From positions 386,786-450,785 of the forward strand of contig NMRA01000038.1 of assembly GCA_002633005.1 (NCBI GenBank): a DNA stretch of 64,000 nt. Reading direction: 5' to 3'. This DNA is from Phoronis australis (taxonomy: Eukaryota > Animalia > Phoronida). The notes under the pieces are model-generated. The model did not search any database. It was not told the origin of the DNA and was given only the letters and a program-made list of their open reading frames with translations. The position numbers and the translations under genes are program-made. Shown one piece after another: positions 49,701 to 61,900 of this stretch (positions are counted from its first letter, which is position 1; each line of letters opens with the position of its first letter).

Positions 49701-52700
49701 GCATGTGTCACTCAAATGTCCAAATTCTCAAAACGTCCATGAATGAAAGAAATTCCTTTTTTTCACCGTCTTGCAAACCAGCTTTAGAAATTGGGTGACA
49801 TGTTAGAAACTTGCGCTCTCACAACACAAAGTTGTGTCACACGATTTCTGATGCAGCATTTGTTGTACAAATACAATATGAAGTCAGTGATGTTTTCTGC
49901 AGTGCTGGTCATTAGTGACGTGCTATTGACATTATATCTTGGGCTCTGCAGTGCAACAACTCATCATTGTCGGCATTGATGTGTATATGCTACAACACTC
50001 GGCACTAGCCTTCTTATCGCATTCAGGGGCTGTCGTTTTTTCTAACCATTCAGTTAATCCTGGTGTCATTAAGTACATGTACATAGTGAGAGTTAAGTTA
50101 CTATTCAGTCACTGATACCTATTTTAACCTGTGTTCCTGAACATTTACTGAGAGTTTTAATCACTTTTGTCGCATCTTACCGATTCTTGTTCAGTTAGCC
50201 ATTAGCAGACTATGCAAGTGTTTTGTGATTTCACTCAGCATTTAGCAATACCGTAATCTATTCTATGCCGATATTTTCTACTTGAACACTGTGGTGGCAA
50301 GACAATGATTGTTTTGCATTGTTGTTTAGGACACAATGCCTCAATTTAGCATCAGTTTAACAACAAAAATGTTCCAAACGTACAGAACCATAGTAGTTTG
50401 GGTGCAACATCTCGTTTTCAAGCAAAATCTGGAATTCATGCAAATAGTGAATTAACTGCGGTATGTCAAAGTTGGTATTCTGCTTAGAATGTCGAATCCA
50501 TTAAAAGTGATTAAAACGCCTGTTCACACTGTTATTGAGCCGGAGTTAAAACCAGACTTCTTTTGATCTTGTTGCAGAACTGACAAAGAACTGGGGTGTA
50601 TCGAAGAAGCCCATGAACACGTGATCTGGTGCCTGGACTGGCACCCTATGGGGCACATTCTTGTCTCAGGCTCAAATGATCACTCAACGTACGTCACTTG
50701 GTGGCCAGGGTGTGGCAGATTTAAAAATGATTAAAATTTGTAGATGACGCTTGGGAACTTGAGAATTAAAAGTGGAATGCAATGCCTACTTATGGGCCTT
50801 TGATCTAACCTTTGAACCCAAACTTCTGATTAATTACGATTTTTTCTTTAGTATGAACTTGAGCTAATTGTCTGTGACTGTGTGCTCCAGTATTTTACGG
50901 TTTACATAGATGGGTTTCTGAGTTTGTTCTGGATGGCTCCTTGATTTAGCAGAATGCCAAACCCAACTTTGACCTATTAACAGATATTAATAGCAACTTT
51001 CTCATCCAGTTCTCTGAACATAATAATACCCTGTAACCCTCGACAACCATCTAAAGTTAGGAGCAAAGTTTGAAAACTCCTTACAAAGTCTGCTAAACGA
51101 ATAAGCGTAACCTAAGCTTTAGGCGAGTGACAAGACACCCGCCGAGAACCACACTATCCAATCTTTGACACAGACAGTATGTGATTTTAGTTGAATCCTG
51201 TTTTTATCACTCAAGTGAGATGACAACGGTGCATTAGCAGGTGACAGAATGTGGATTGGTTAAAAATCACCAAAACGGGGTTACGGTCCTATTTAAGCTG
51301 CAAACTTTAGGTTTCAAGTCGAGTCCGAATTTATAATTTTATTACTGGGGTCATCAAGTGCAAAGTTGGATTAGACAGTCATTCATGTAAGCCATATTGT
51401 ACTCAAACTGCTTAATACACGCCTATTTTGTTAGTGAACATAAAATGTCAGAAATAAGTTTGGAGATCATAAATCAAGTCCAGGATTTGATGAGGCAATC
51501 ATACTCTGGAAAAAATGGAATACATCGATTACCTCGCAGCTTGTTTTTGTTCAGCAAATTTGACTTTTTTAATTTAAAGTTTCTCGAATTCTTGACTTGG
51601 TCTTGTCAATCAATGTTCGTGGCTTGACGGGATTAATGTAATCATTATCAGTACTGTGCTAGTATTTCTTTTTTCTGTAAAAATCGACAGTTTTCAGAGT
51701 AAAAGGTCAATATCTTCTAATAGAAGGTGAAAGTGTCGCGTTGTATTGATCCTTTGACTAGAAACAGTATTGCTGCAGAGGAACTAGAACCAATAACTGG
51801 ATGTAAATTGGTTGTCGTAGGAGGCAGTTTCACCTAGTGGTAACTGTAGGTATCACAGGTTCGACTGCCACCCGATTCCATTGCTCTTTCTGTGAATTTG
51901 GGCATGAAGTGATAAAAAATGTGACAACTGCTGTTAGTTTTCAATCATTATTGGTATGAATAATACAGCATAATAATTTAAAGCTGCGTGTCCGCTTCAG
52001 GAAATTTTGGACCAGGAATCGTCCAGGCGACAAAATGCACGATAAGTACAACCTGAACATCGCCTCAGGTGAAGAGGGTGGAGATGGTACAGAAGAGAGC
52101 ACAGCACCTCTGTCGGCGACCGTGAGTGTAACTCCCACTACTATACCTGGTATGGGGCTGACTGCTGCTGAAGAGGTCCAGATAGAAGGTATGTTGTGTG
52201 GTGTGGCCTAAAATGCTGGCTGTTTAAGTCTCTGGCAATGCTAAGTAAGTCCAACCGAAATTCTAGACTTCAAACTGTTGCAAATCAAGTTGGTAGGTGT
52301 GAATCTTTCCATTGAAGCGGTGAGCTCTGTTCGATCATGGTTTTATCACCTGTTATCAGTTAGTATAGTAATGCTAAATTCTTTGTATTAAAAACAAAAC
52401 AAAAAGATCCACCTCAAAATGTGAATCTAAATGATTTTCAGGCATGACATTCCATTGCGTAGGGCTTTAGTCGTTGGTTGTTATATAGTGAAGTGGAAGT
52501 TTCATTGTTTCGAGTTAAGTGTAAAATATCCGCTGTGTAGTTCAACAATGGCAATGTGATGACCATGGCTTCTGTTTTCAGCTACGTGTAGCTTTAGATG
52601 CCTCTGGGTTTTGTCTGATAATATTGCTCTTTTCTAAGTGGCTATATATCCGCCTCTTGTCATAAAAACCAGCTTTGGATTTAGACCACTTACTATTATG

Positions 52701-55700
52701 AAATTGGTCTTAAATTAATGGCTAATCAAATTCAATGATGTTCCTGGGCCTGGAAATAACTGATTGTTCATTATTACTCGAGGTCGGGTTCTACAAGTTG
52801 ACTTGTCACAGCGTGTCATCGATTTTACTTGGTATCGAGAAATAGCTTTGTGCAAGGCCATAAATGAGTTCTTAATTGAACAAAGAACACGTTGAGTCAA
52901 TTTTAGAGTGGTTAGAGGTCTTAATCGGAAGTTGGGTTTTTTTTAGGCGTATGAATACATTTATTACGTAAACACAATACAAATTATGGTAAAATACACA
53001 TAAACAACATACACATATATACACATACGCACACCTAAACACACATGCAGGCACAAGTTGCCCTTCTTATTTCTGTTATGGTTTACTTTCATACACTTCC
53101 CATTTTTCTTGAAAAGGCTGCAAACAGAGATTCTGTTTTGCCAAGTACTTTTGTGTTTCATAATAGTTAAATACCAGCGTGTTTAATGCTACAATGCTCA
53201 AATTTCCAAAATTTTGTTGATATAATTCTACTGACAATTCTTAACTGTAACGATCAGTTTTGTGTCCTTTCTCACACAATAAGTTGGTTTCTGCGAGGGA
53301 ACACGGGTATACTTAAGCCGCTTTAAGTTTCAACATTTTATGAAGATGACTAGTTGTTGTGTTGACATATTTCTGAAACACAATATTGATGCTATATGTG
53401 ATTTTGATGCAAACTTTGCAATTAAATTGATTTTAAAATATTATTTTCATTTAAATGTGACAGAGAGTATGAAGCCAATCAGCATCCCTGCGTTTTATCG
53501 TCATCATCTACAAAAATTATACATTTGGTTGTACTCAGCTCAGGAGACTGAATATGTTTGTTGTCAGCATAAATCAACTCGCATATTCAGTTTTAATGAG
53601 ATGGTCACTTGAACTCACACTCACTCACGTCGTTTCAGAGAAGGATAGTGCTGGATCCATACCCGGCCTGTCTTGGTCGGATGACGTACACGAACTGAAG
53701 CAGATTCAGGTGGAGAACATCAAGTCACGCATGAAGGTTCCCAAGGCCAAACCTGTACCCAAGTCATTCCAAGACGCCTGGTCCAGTGGCATCACCGTTG
53801 AACCAGGAAGTACGTAGACATCACTGTAGTTTTCGGTGGGGAGACAAACGCTTTCATATGGCAAAGTCTCTAGCCACCAAACCGTACTCATTCCACCTAG
53901 ATCTCAGTGCGAATCTATGTTTCAGATTTGTGAATGCAAAAGTATCAATGACGCCTAAATCACTTTTTTTACAAGAATGTGAAACCATTTTCAGAGCTGA
54001 AGTTCAAGCTGGTTGTGAAGTTGGTTTACAACAACTAATTAATTACCAAAGTATACTAATAGGAGTAAGTAAAGTCCTGTGTACGCTGACAAACTTGTAT
54101 GCTAACTCAATTCACAAGTTTTCAAGCAACTAGTTTTCCAATTTGCTTATGGCGTGTTTCTTGCGACTTTGATGAGGTCACATAAGTCAGGCAAAGATAT
54201 AAATGAAATCGTGTTCCAAGCAGTATGTGATTGAACTAGCTTTCACTTGTGACTGGCTATCATCAGTTAACACATGCTATGCTTGTGTCACTTGTGACTG
54301 GCTATCATCAGTTAACACATGCCATGCTTGTTTCACTTGTGACTGGCTATCATCAGTTAACACATGCCATGCTTGTGTCACTTGTGACTGGCTATCATCA
54401 GTTAACACATGCCATGCTTGTGTCACTTGTGACTGGCTATCATCAGTTAACACATGCCATGCTTGTGTCACTTGTGACTGGCTATCATCAGTTAACACAT
54501 GCCATGCTTGTGTCACTTGTGACTGGCTATCATCAGTTAACACATGCCATGCTTGTGTCACTTGTGACTGGCTATCATCAGTTAACACATGCCATGCTTG
54601 TGTCACTTGTGACTGGCTATCATCAGTTAACACATGCCATGCTTGTGTCACTTGTGACTGGCTATCATCAGTTAACACATGCCATGCTTGTGTCACTTGT
54701 GACTGGCTATCATCAGTTAACACATGCCATGCTTGTGTCACTTGTGACTGGCTATCATCAGTTAACACATGCCATGCTTGTGTCACTTGTGACTGGCTAT
54801 CATCAGTTAACACATGCCATGCTTGTGTCACTTGTGACTGGCTATCATCAGTTAACACATGCCATGCTTGTGTCACTTGTGACTGGCTATCATCAGTTAA
54901 CACATGCCATGCTTGTGTCACTTGTGACTGGCTATCATCAGTTAACACATGCCATGCTTGTGTCACTTGTGACTGGCTATCATCAGTTAACACATGCCAT
55001 GCTTGTGTCACTTGTGACTGGCTATCATCAGTTAACACATGCCATGCTTGTGTCACTTGTGACTGGCTATCATCAGTTAACACATGCCATGCTTGTGTCA
55101 CTTGTGACTGGCTATCATCAGTTAACACATGCCATGCTTGTGTCACTTGTGACTGGCTATCATCAGTTAACACATGCCATGCTTGTGTCACTTGTGACTG
55201 GCTATCATCAGTTAACACATGCCATGCTTGTGTCACTTGTGACTGGCTATCATCAGTTAACACATGCCATGCTTGTGTCACTTGTGACTGGCTATCATCA
55301 GTTAACACATGCCATGCTTGTGTCACTTGTGACTGGCTATCATCAGTTAACACATGCCATGCTTGTNCTGGTTATCGGGCATGATTTGGGCCGTAAAAGT
55401 TTCGGCGTTTTTTGTCATTGGTCATTCCAAGCCCTGAAGTCCTCTGAGCCCGAGATCTCTACTGTCAAAAATCACGACCTCAACTTTCCATGAAAAGTTC
55501 GGAAGTCTTGATTTTTGATAACCAAATTCTCAGGATCAAAGGCCTTAAAACATCCAAGACACCGTTTGTTGGCTAATGGACCAAATAAACAGAATTTATG
55601 AAAAAAACGACACATGTGGAAGTTAAAGCAAATCCAACTTATCTGATGGGCTAGAACAACTGTGCCACAGAATTTTGTACTTGTCTAGTTGAAGCAGCTT

Positions 55701-56796
55701 TAAACCACAAGTTCCGTCAATGAAAGTCACTTTTGATTCAGACCACTTATCGTTGTAAAATCAGCCTCAACTTGTTCCTTACTTGACTCTTTGTGATATC
55801 TAGTGATAGTTATCTGTAGTTTCACACTGCCACTATACTGTGAGATAACGTTTTTACTTTTCTTAACGTATGTATGCCTGTTACAATTGACCCATGTGAC
55901 TACCCGTAGGTTCAGTGTGCTGTACTCTTCTTTCTTTCTCAGGTGATCAACCTGAAGCGATGTCAGGACATAAGATGGGACCCCCTGGTGGGACAATGGG
56001 ACCCCCAGGTGGACCAAGGGGTCCACCTGGAGGACCACGGGGTCCCCCCGGTGGATCAAGGGGCCCTCCTGGTGGACCAAGAGGTCCCGGTCCTATGGGA
56101 ACCTCGGGTGGACTGATTCGTCCTCCTGGTGGACCTATGGGACACCCTGGTGGACCAATGCGTCCTCCTGGCCCCAGAGGGCCAGCTAACGGTCCAAGGA
56201 TATCGGGCCTGCTTGAAACTCCCATGAACCGGCAAGGCCCACCAAACAGTGCTACAGCCAGGCAAGGAGGTCTGCTAGGTGACAAGCCTACTGCTCACCA
56301 GGACAAGATGTCTCAGGATCAAGACTTCCGACAACAGGCGGTGCCACGAGATTATGAAGACGAGGATCTTAGAAACATGGACATAGATCAGGAGAATAGT
56401 CAGCCTAGAGACTCTGACTTCAGAGAGTACGAGAGTATGCACCACTCAGCAGATGCTGAGGATTACCAGCAAGGAAATATGATGGGCTACCCACCTCATA
56501 GCAATCAGTTCGACAGAGGCAGGGGTAGAGGCCGTGGAATGATGTCACGGGGGGGAATGATGCCCCGTGGCAGAGGCAGCCCCCGCGGTCGAGGTGGCTT
56601 CATACCAGGCCCAAACCCGATGGACAGTCGTAAGAGACCTTGGGACGGTGGGGTTCCTCCATTGATGCAAGGTTTCCATGGTGGATCAGCTGATTTTGAC
56701 GAGAGGGAACCCATGAGAGGTGGATTCAGAGGAGGTAGAGGGGGTGGTATGCCTCGTGGTGCCAGGGGTGGCAGAGGTGGAAATAGGGGTCATTAG
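40724..56796 (+). CDS. WDR33: Pre-mRNA 3'-end processing protein WDR33 (Pfs2/FY homolog), 819 aa, 13 coding exons
   Basis: Exons 40724-40978, 42130-42198, 42559-42663, 43228-43323, 43981-44132, 45117-45214, 45911-46037, 47687-47841, 49435-49513, 50578-50688, 52001-52188, 53639-53809, 55943-56796 join in frame (2460 nt). Motifs [96 protein letters not shown], then collagen-like GPP repeats and an RGG-rich tail. Confidence 0.97.
43385..43513. repeat. ~45-bp imperfect tandem repeat x3 (core TGGTTTCATGGCT...CATATACTATAGACAGGAAGT)
   Basis: Three diverged units read directly in WDR33 intron 4. Confidence 0.85.
43717..43910. mobile_element. Short hAT-like MITE with 5-bp target duplication
   Basis: TIR CAGGGCTCGA / TCGAGCACTG; CCATA directly on both sides. 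Confidence 0.7.
44310..44320 (+). terminator. Candidate intronic polyadenylation signal in WDR33 intron 5 (TGTA + AATAAA)
   Basis: TGTACAATAAA; the AATAAA (44315-44320) lies 16 nt after the stop of the exon-5 read-through frame. Confidence 0.55.
54243..55367. repeat. 45-bp minisatellite x25 in the last WDR33 intron, ending at an N (assembly gap)
   Basis: Unit TCACTTGTGACTGGCTATCATCAGTTAACACATGCCATGCTTGTG, near-identical copies; N at 55368. Confidence 0.97.
55369..55436. mobile_element. Right end of a CAGGGCTTGGAAT-family hAT-like element
   Basis: Nearly identical to 38729-38792 (CTGGTTATCGG...TTGTCATTGGTCATTCCAAGCCCTG); the rest is lost in the gap. Confidence 0.8.
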
Positions 56797-57601
56797 CAGT
56801 GATTCCGACACTGGTCATGTTTAGGTTCTCATGAAATTGTACATAATGGCTGTACATAACACTAGTGCACTGTATTTTAAGTGATCTTTTACAAATACTA
56901 CAGCAACGTGTTACTTTTTACTGTGCAAAAAAGTTTGGCCTGGCAGGGATTTTCATTTAAATCTTCTATTATTACAAAGGACTTACAGAGTGGGTTGCAT
57001 CAAATGCTACAGTTTTGTCAAGTGGAATATCCAAGGCATGGGTGCCGAGTTACAGAATCTACATTGGTTGAAAGAGCACGAGTCTTGTAATGTTTAGGCA
57101 GAACGTTTTTAAAAGCCTACTGAATGGACAGTTGTTCTGGTGCAAGTTGCAGAGATTCAAGTGAGACCCATTGCATTTCCGTGTAGTTGCTTCAAAAAGC
57201 TTATTGACTCTGCACTTGGGCAGATCATGGACTAAGGTATTCATAGAACACTGTACAGTTTCTTCTCAGTTTGAAGATTAAACAAGTTTTTGCGAAATTT
57301 TGTACAGCTGTTACATGAAGGTGCTTGGCCAGGTGGCACTGCTAGTGGGTTTGTGATCTCTGTTCCAGGTCAGTTCACTGAAGTTAGATTTTCATGTTAC
57401 TCTTTAAGGACGTTTTTTTAAGGTAAATTGCGTGACAAGACCTTTAGGTTTGCGTTGTTACCCCCCCCCCNCCCACTTCATTTTATTGTCTTGACAATTA
57501 CAGATGTAATTTTGGGAGGACACCCATTGCCGTAAAATAATTCCTTGCCATCTTAAAAGAAATCAGATAGATGTAAATATTTTTAAATTCTTTTTCTTTA
57601 G

Positions 57602-57607
57602 AATAAA
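57602..57607 (+). terminator. Candidate distal WDR33 polyadenylation signal AATAAA
   Basis: AATAAA ~800 nt after the stop, with upstream TGTA motifs and downstream TTTTGTGG / GTGTCTGTGT. Confidence 0.55.
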
Positions 57608-58170
57608 GAAAATTTCTAATTTTGTGGTAAACAGTGTCTGTGTAGGGAATATGTTTACCATGGTCCAAAAACTGCATTGTAAAAACCTGTCATTGAATGC
57701 ATATTTTCAATACAACTTTCACTAAGTGCCGTTTGTTATGTTTCCAAAGCAGGAAAGATGGTGTAGAATCTATATAGTTGTTGCGTACAAGTCCTACTCT
57801 TTCTTGGAAACTTCTGAGACACACAAGATAATCCGTTATAAAATTTCCAAATGGAAAACCTTGTGTGTGAAATTAATGATTTCATAGACCATAAGCACAT
57901 CCTGAAAATCGGAAACAAACTTGTAATATATCTAAGTTTACTGGCAATTCAAATCACATACAGCAGAAATATTAATATAGGGCAAAAAAATTTTGTGGCA
58001 TTTAGACGTACTGCAAATTATATGCACATAATAAAACCTGTGTAAACAGTATACTATATTCAAATGGTAATTAAAACTCGGACATAGTACTGAACCTTTG
58101 ACATTTCAAGTGGTAAAAGTTGCCTGCCTAAGCTACGAAAATAGTTACAGCTAAATAAAAAAAGTCTACG

Positions 58171-58433
58171 AATGAGGACGGGTCCCAATATCTACACAAG
58201 GCTCAACACCTCTCAAAATGGTAAATTTGTCAAGCTCACTGTTTACAAGGTGTGCACAATGAGGACGGATCCCCATATCTACACAAGGCTCAACACCTCT
58301 CAAAATGGTAAATTTGTCAAGCTCACTGTTTACAAGGTGTGCACAATGAGGACGGGTCCCCATATCTACACAAGGCTCAACACCTCTCAAAATGGTAAAT
58401 TTGTCAAGCTCACTGTTTACAAGGTGTGCACAA
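58171..58433. repeat. 87-bp tandem repeat x3
   Basis: Three near-identical units starting AATGAGGACGG at 58171, 58258 and 58345. Confidence 0.95.
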
Positions 58434-58927
58434 TATGACAAAATCATTAACACCAATAGTTATTGGAGCAAAACAAAATCTCATGAGAAGTTCAACAATG
58501 CAAAATATGACTTAGTCACCTGGAATTTACAAAGACTAGGTAAATTGAAGACACTGAGTATTAATTTAAATGCATTAATTTTCAATACACATGCCATTTC
58601 AATTTCACAACAACAGGTCAATAGATTAGTCACCAAATGGTGATAACATTTTGTATAAAAGGTTCCAAAACTACTGAACTTGGCAACAGAATGCAAAGCT
58701 CATTCGATACTTGAGCACTTGCCCAAAAACCTTGAAATTATTCACCTTCACAGCAATTCCTAGTTGAAAAAAACCTTTGATCTTGGTGACCTCACAAGAA
58801 GACAATAACATCGTACATCTTGCAGTCTTTACATCAGGGAATGGTTCGAAACAAAATACGGTAATGAGTGATTTGAGGAAAGAAACCTAGAATTGTCACA
58901 ATTGGAATGTTAACAATTAAGATAATC

Positions 58928-61900
58928 TCATTCAGTTAAAAGCATATCGCTTTCTCGAGTTTGGCGAGAATTTTCATTATGAGTACGAAACTTGTCCTTT
59001 CCAAAAGAGTCGTCAGTCACACCCTCGTCGTCAACATTGTGAGGCACCAGATAATCCTGTGGGAATGTGTTGGACAGACTCAACCGGCTTGTTGGCCGAC
59101 CCGTAGAACCATAAAGACCTGCAAAAAGATATTTATAGACTTAAAAGACTATAAACAAGTGTCCTGTCAAAGAAGTGAATTTTTGATTGAGACCACTGAA
59201 TCAGAAAATGGTTTTCGACTCAACTCCGATGAGAAGTGACTTCACGGCTTGCTAATAGCTTATAGTTTATTCCTCGTAACTCATTGGCACAAAAAAATGG
59301 CCCACTGTGACGAGCCAACTTGCCGAGCCTGGTCTTGAACACTCCCAAATTGTTGAGAATGGTCTTGAACACTAACAAACTGTCAGTTCCTAATAAGCCC
59401 TGATATCACCTTAAATTTGACTAAGGAACAATTTGAAACCAAATTCACAAACGCAAGTGGTAAACCATAACTCAAAAGTTGTTTTTTGTGATGAAAAGAT
59501 TTAACTCCACTAATTATAAGAAAAAAATATGGACTTTTTGCACATGATTGTCAATAACAACAGTTGTGTATGGCACCCTCAGCTAAATGTAGTCCTATTC
59601 AGTCATTAAAATATTAAATAGAAAACACCTACTGTTCCTGCTGGTACGGCCACTATAGTATCTATATCGAACATGATCACTCCTGCCTGACTGCTGAACA
59701 GTGTTCCGAGCATGGTCAGAGAGGCCCACCTCACTGTTGCTTGCCATTACTTGACTCAGTATAGAAGTAAAGTACATGAAACTCAACAACATCTGAAATA
59801 TGTCAAGACCTGATCTTAACAAAATGCTTGGGTGAATACCATTTTTCATCACAAACACCTCAGAACGGCTGTCAGACCTCAGATGTTCATCCAGTAATGT
59901 ATTTACAGTAAAAATTCTCCAAACTGGGACAGACTCCAACAGACTCTAAAACTTGGTAAGACCGAAATTCAATATGAAATAAAGTTTCCTTGATTCTGAA
60001 GATTTGTACATGGGTGATGATACGTTGTTCTCAAATTGCAGATACTGTATTGTGAATAGATATTCACAAAGTAGTCAAAATTAGCTGCCACATTTTCAAT
60101 ATCCATAGTGTGTAACGTCGCGATGAATGTCTATTGTTCATCGCAATTCTTGAATTTGGGTCGGTCAATGTTGCCTATTTCTAATTTTTTAAAACAAATT
60201 TTCTAAAATTTGATATTGTTCTGACATTGAGCAATTAATTTTTCACTCTTCTAAACTGGAAAATTTTCACCGTAGTAAGCTTCCCAACACTTCCAACATC
60301 AGGGTTTATTAATATAAAATATACAGTGTGAAGAAACTTTACAGTAATCAAGTTTCAGGAAATAGCATAATGCGCAGATTTACAAAATTTTCTTAATATT
60401 GATTTTACAAGTTGTTAAACCAGTCTACTGGAAGTCATACCTGTGCAGACATGCATAAATAGTTGTACCACTCTTTAGGACCAATTGAAGATGAACCTGA
60501 GAACAAATAAACAAAAACGTGTAGGTGAACAATATGGAGCTATTTGAGTTGCTAGACAGAAACAAAAATTGACAAAAGTTTCAATTTTTCAAAGGTTGAC
60601 TGGAATGTTGGAAGTAATCAAAAAATGAAACATTTTTAAATAATTACAAGTACCTACAGTTAAAATTCTACAATTCCGACATTCTCTAAAATTTGGGACG
60701 TTGAATTCAAACCGAGATTGTCATATTTATCAAACGTTCGTCACTGCATTTTGTATCAACAAAGTCGAAAACAGCTGCCAATGCAAAATGTGTCCATTTT
60801 GAATTCTTGGACAGTATTGACTATTTCTTAAATTTGGTACAAGCTTTGATCTTCAGCAAAATACTTAATTTTTCATTCTCCCAAATTGGAGAACTTTTAT
60901 CGTAAGTACAATAAATTGTTTCCTAAAGGTTCATTTGTGTAGATAAACTTGACAAAGTTTCTGTTTGGTTGACTTGTAATCATAATATCAGTCAATCAAA
61001 ACAGTAAAATCTCACCAATTTTGGACAAAAATAATTGCCAAAATTGTTTTCATTTTAAAGGCTACTACAATAATTGTGAACACCACAATTTCTCAAAATA
61101 TTGTCTACAACTTTCAAATTGGTGTAACTTATGTTTTTGTAGAACATGAAATTTCCATTCATGCTTGCTATAATGTGACTGTCCTAAATTGGCGAGATTT
61201 GTGGTAGAGACATCTCAGTAGAACAAAGCAGTTGACAGAGATGAATTTGCACAATTCAATTAAAGATCACCAAAAACAAGGTTTCAGCCACAAATGGCAA
61301 GAAAATTTAAATTAAAATAGTAAATTTCTTATTTCAACAGAGAGAACACAATAGATGTGGGTAAAATGTGTAAATGATCAGCGTGTACACATCAAACAAA
61401 TACAACAGCTGTGACTTTACTGTCTAGTAAGTGCAGAGTGCCTTACATAGTAAGAGTTTACTTGGAAAAAGCATTAGGTTGGTTATAGCTATAATCTATT
61501 GTATGGTAGTAATCTGAAAAAACATTAGTGGTGTAATGTTGAATTTAAAATCAACAGTGTGTGAAGTATGTGTGGAGGTTATGTAGCACTTTATTGACAA
61601 GTCTGCATGAGTGTTCAGCCGAGTACTTATGAAATGTAAAGATTAACTCAGTAAAAGGTAAAAGTACATATTTTATGAAAGCAGAAAGCTTGCAGAATTC
61701 GATTTTTGCCTTTACAGAAATGTGCTATTTAGTGCGTCACGTGACCATGTCTTTCAGCAAAAAAAATACATTCACACCTAAACCTAGCTACGGCAACATC
61801 AACGTGACGTTATTTCACTTGATATACATGTTCAAGATGGAATCTCAGTTTTCTGAATTATTGTTTTGTTTTCGTTTATGCAACCTTTTTTGCACCTCAT

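Noticed and set aside
54203-55493. Long ORFs of 393, 414 and 358 aa with 15-aa repeats; CRISPR-like regularity
   Set aside because: They are translations of a 45-bp tandem repeat inside a WDR33 intron; units are contiguous with no unique spacers and no cas genes, in a eukaryotic context.
55727-56714. Several minus-strand Gly/Pro-rich ORFs and a possible separate collagen gene
   Set aside because: Antisense shadows of the WDR33 last exon; GPP repeats are a known part of the WDR33 C-terminus and the exon splices in frame to the WD40 exons.
58166-58456. Repetitive ORFs on both strands
   Set aside because: Products of the 87-bp tandem repeat (length divisible by 3).
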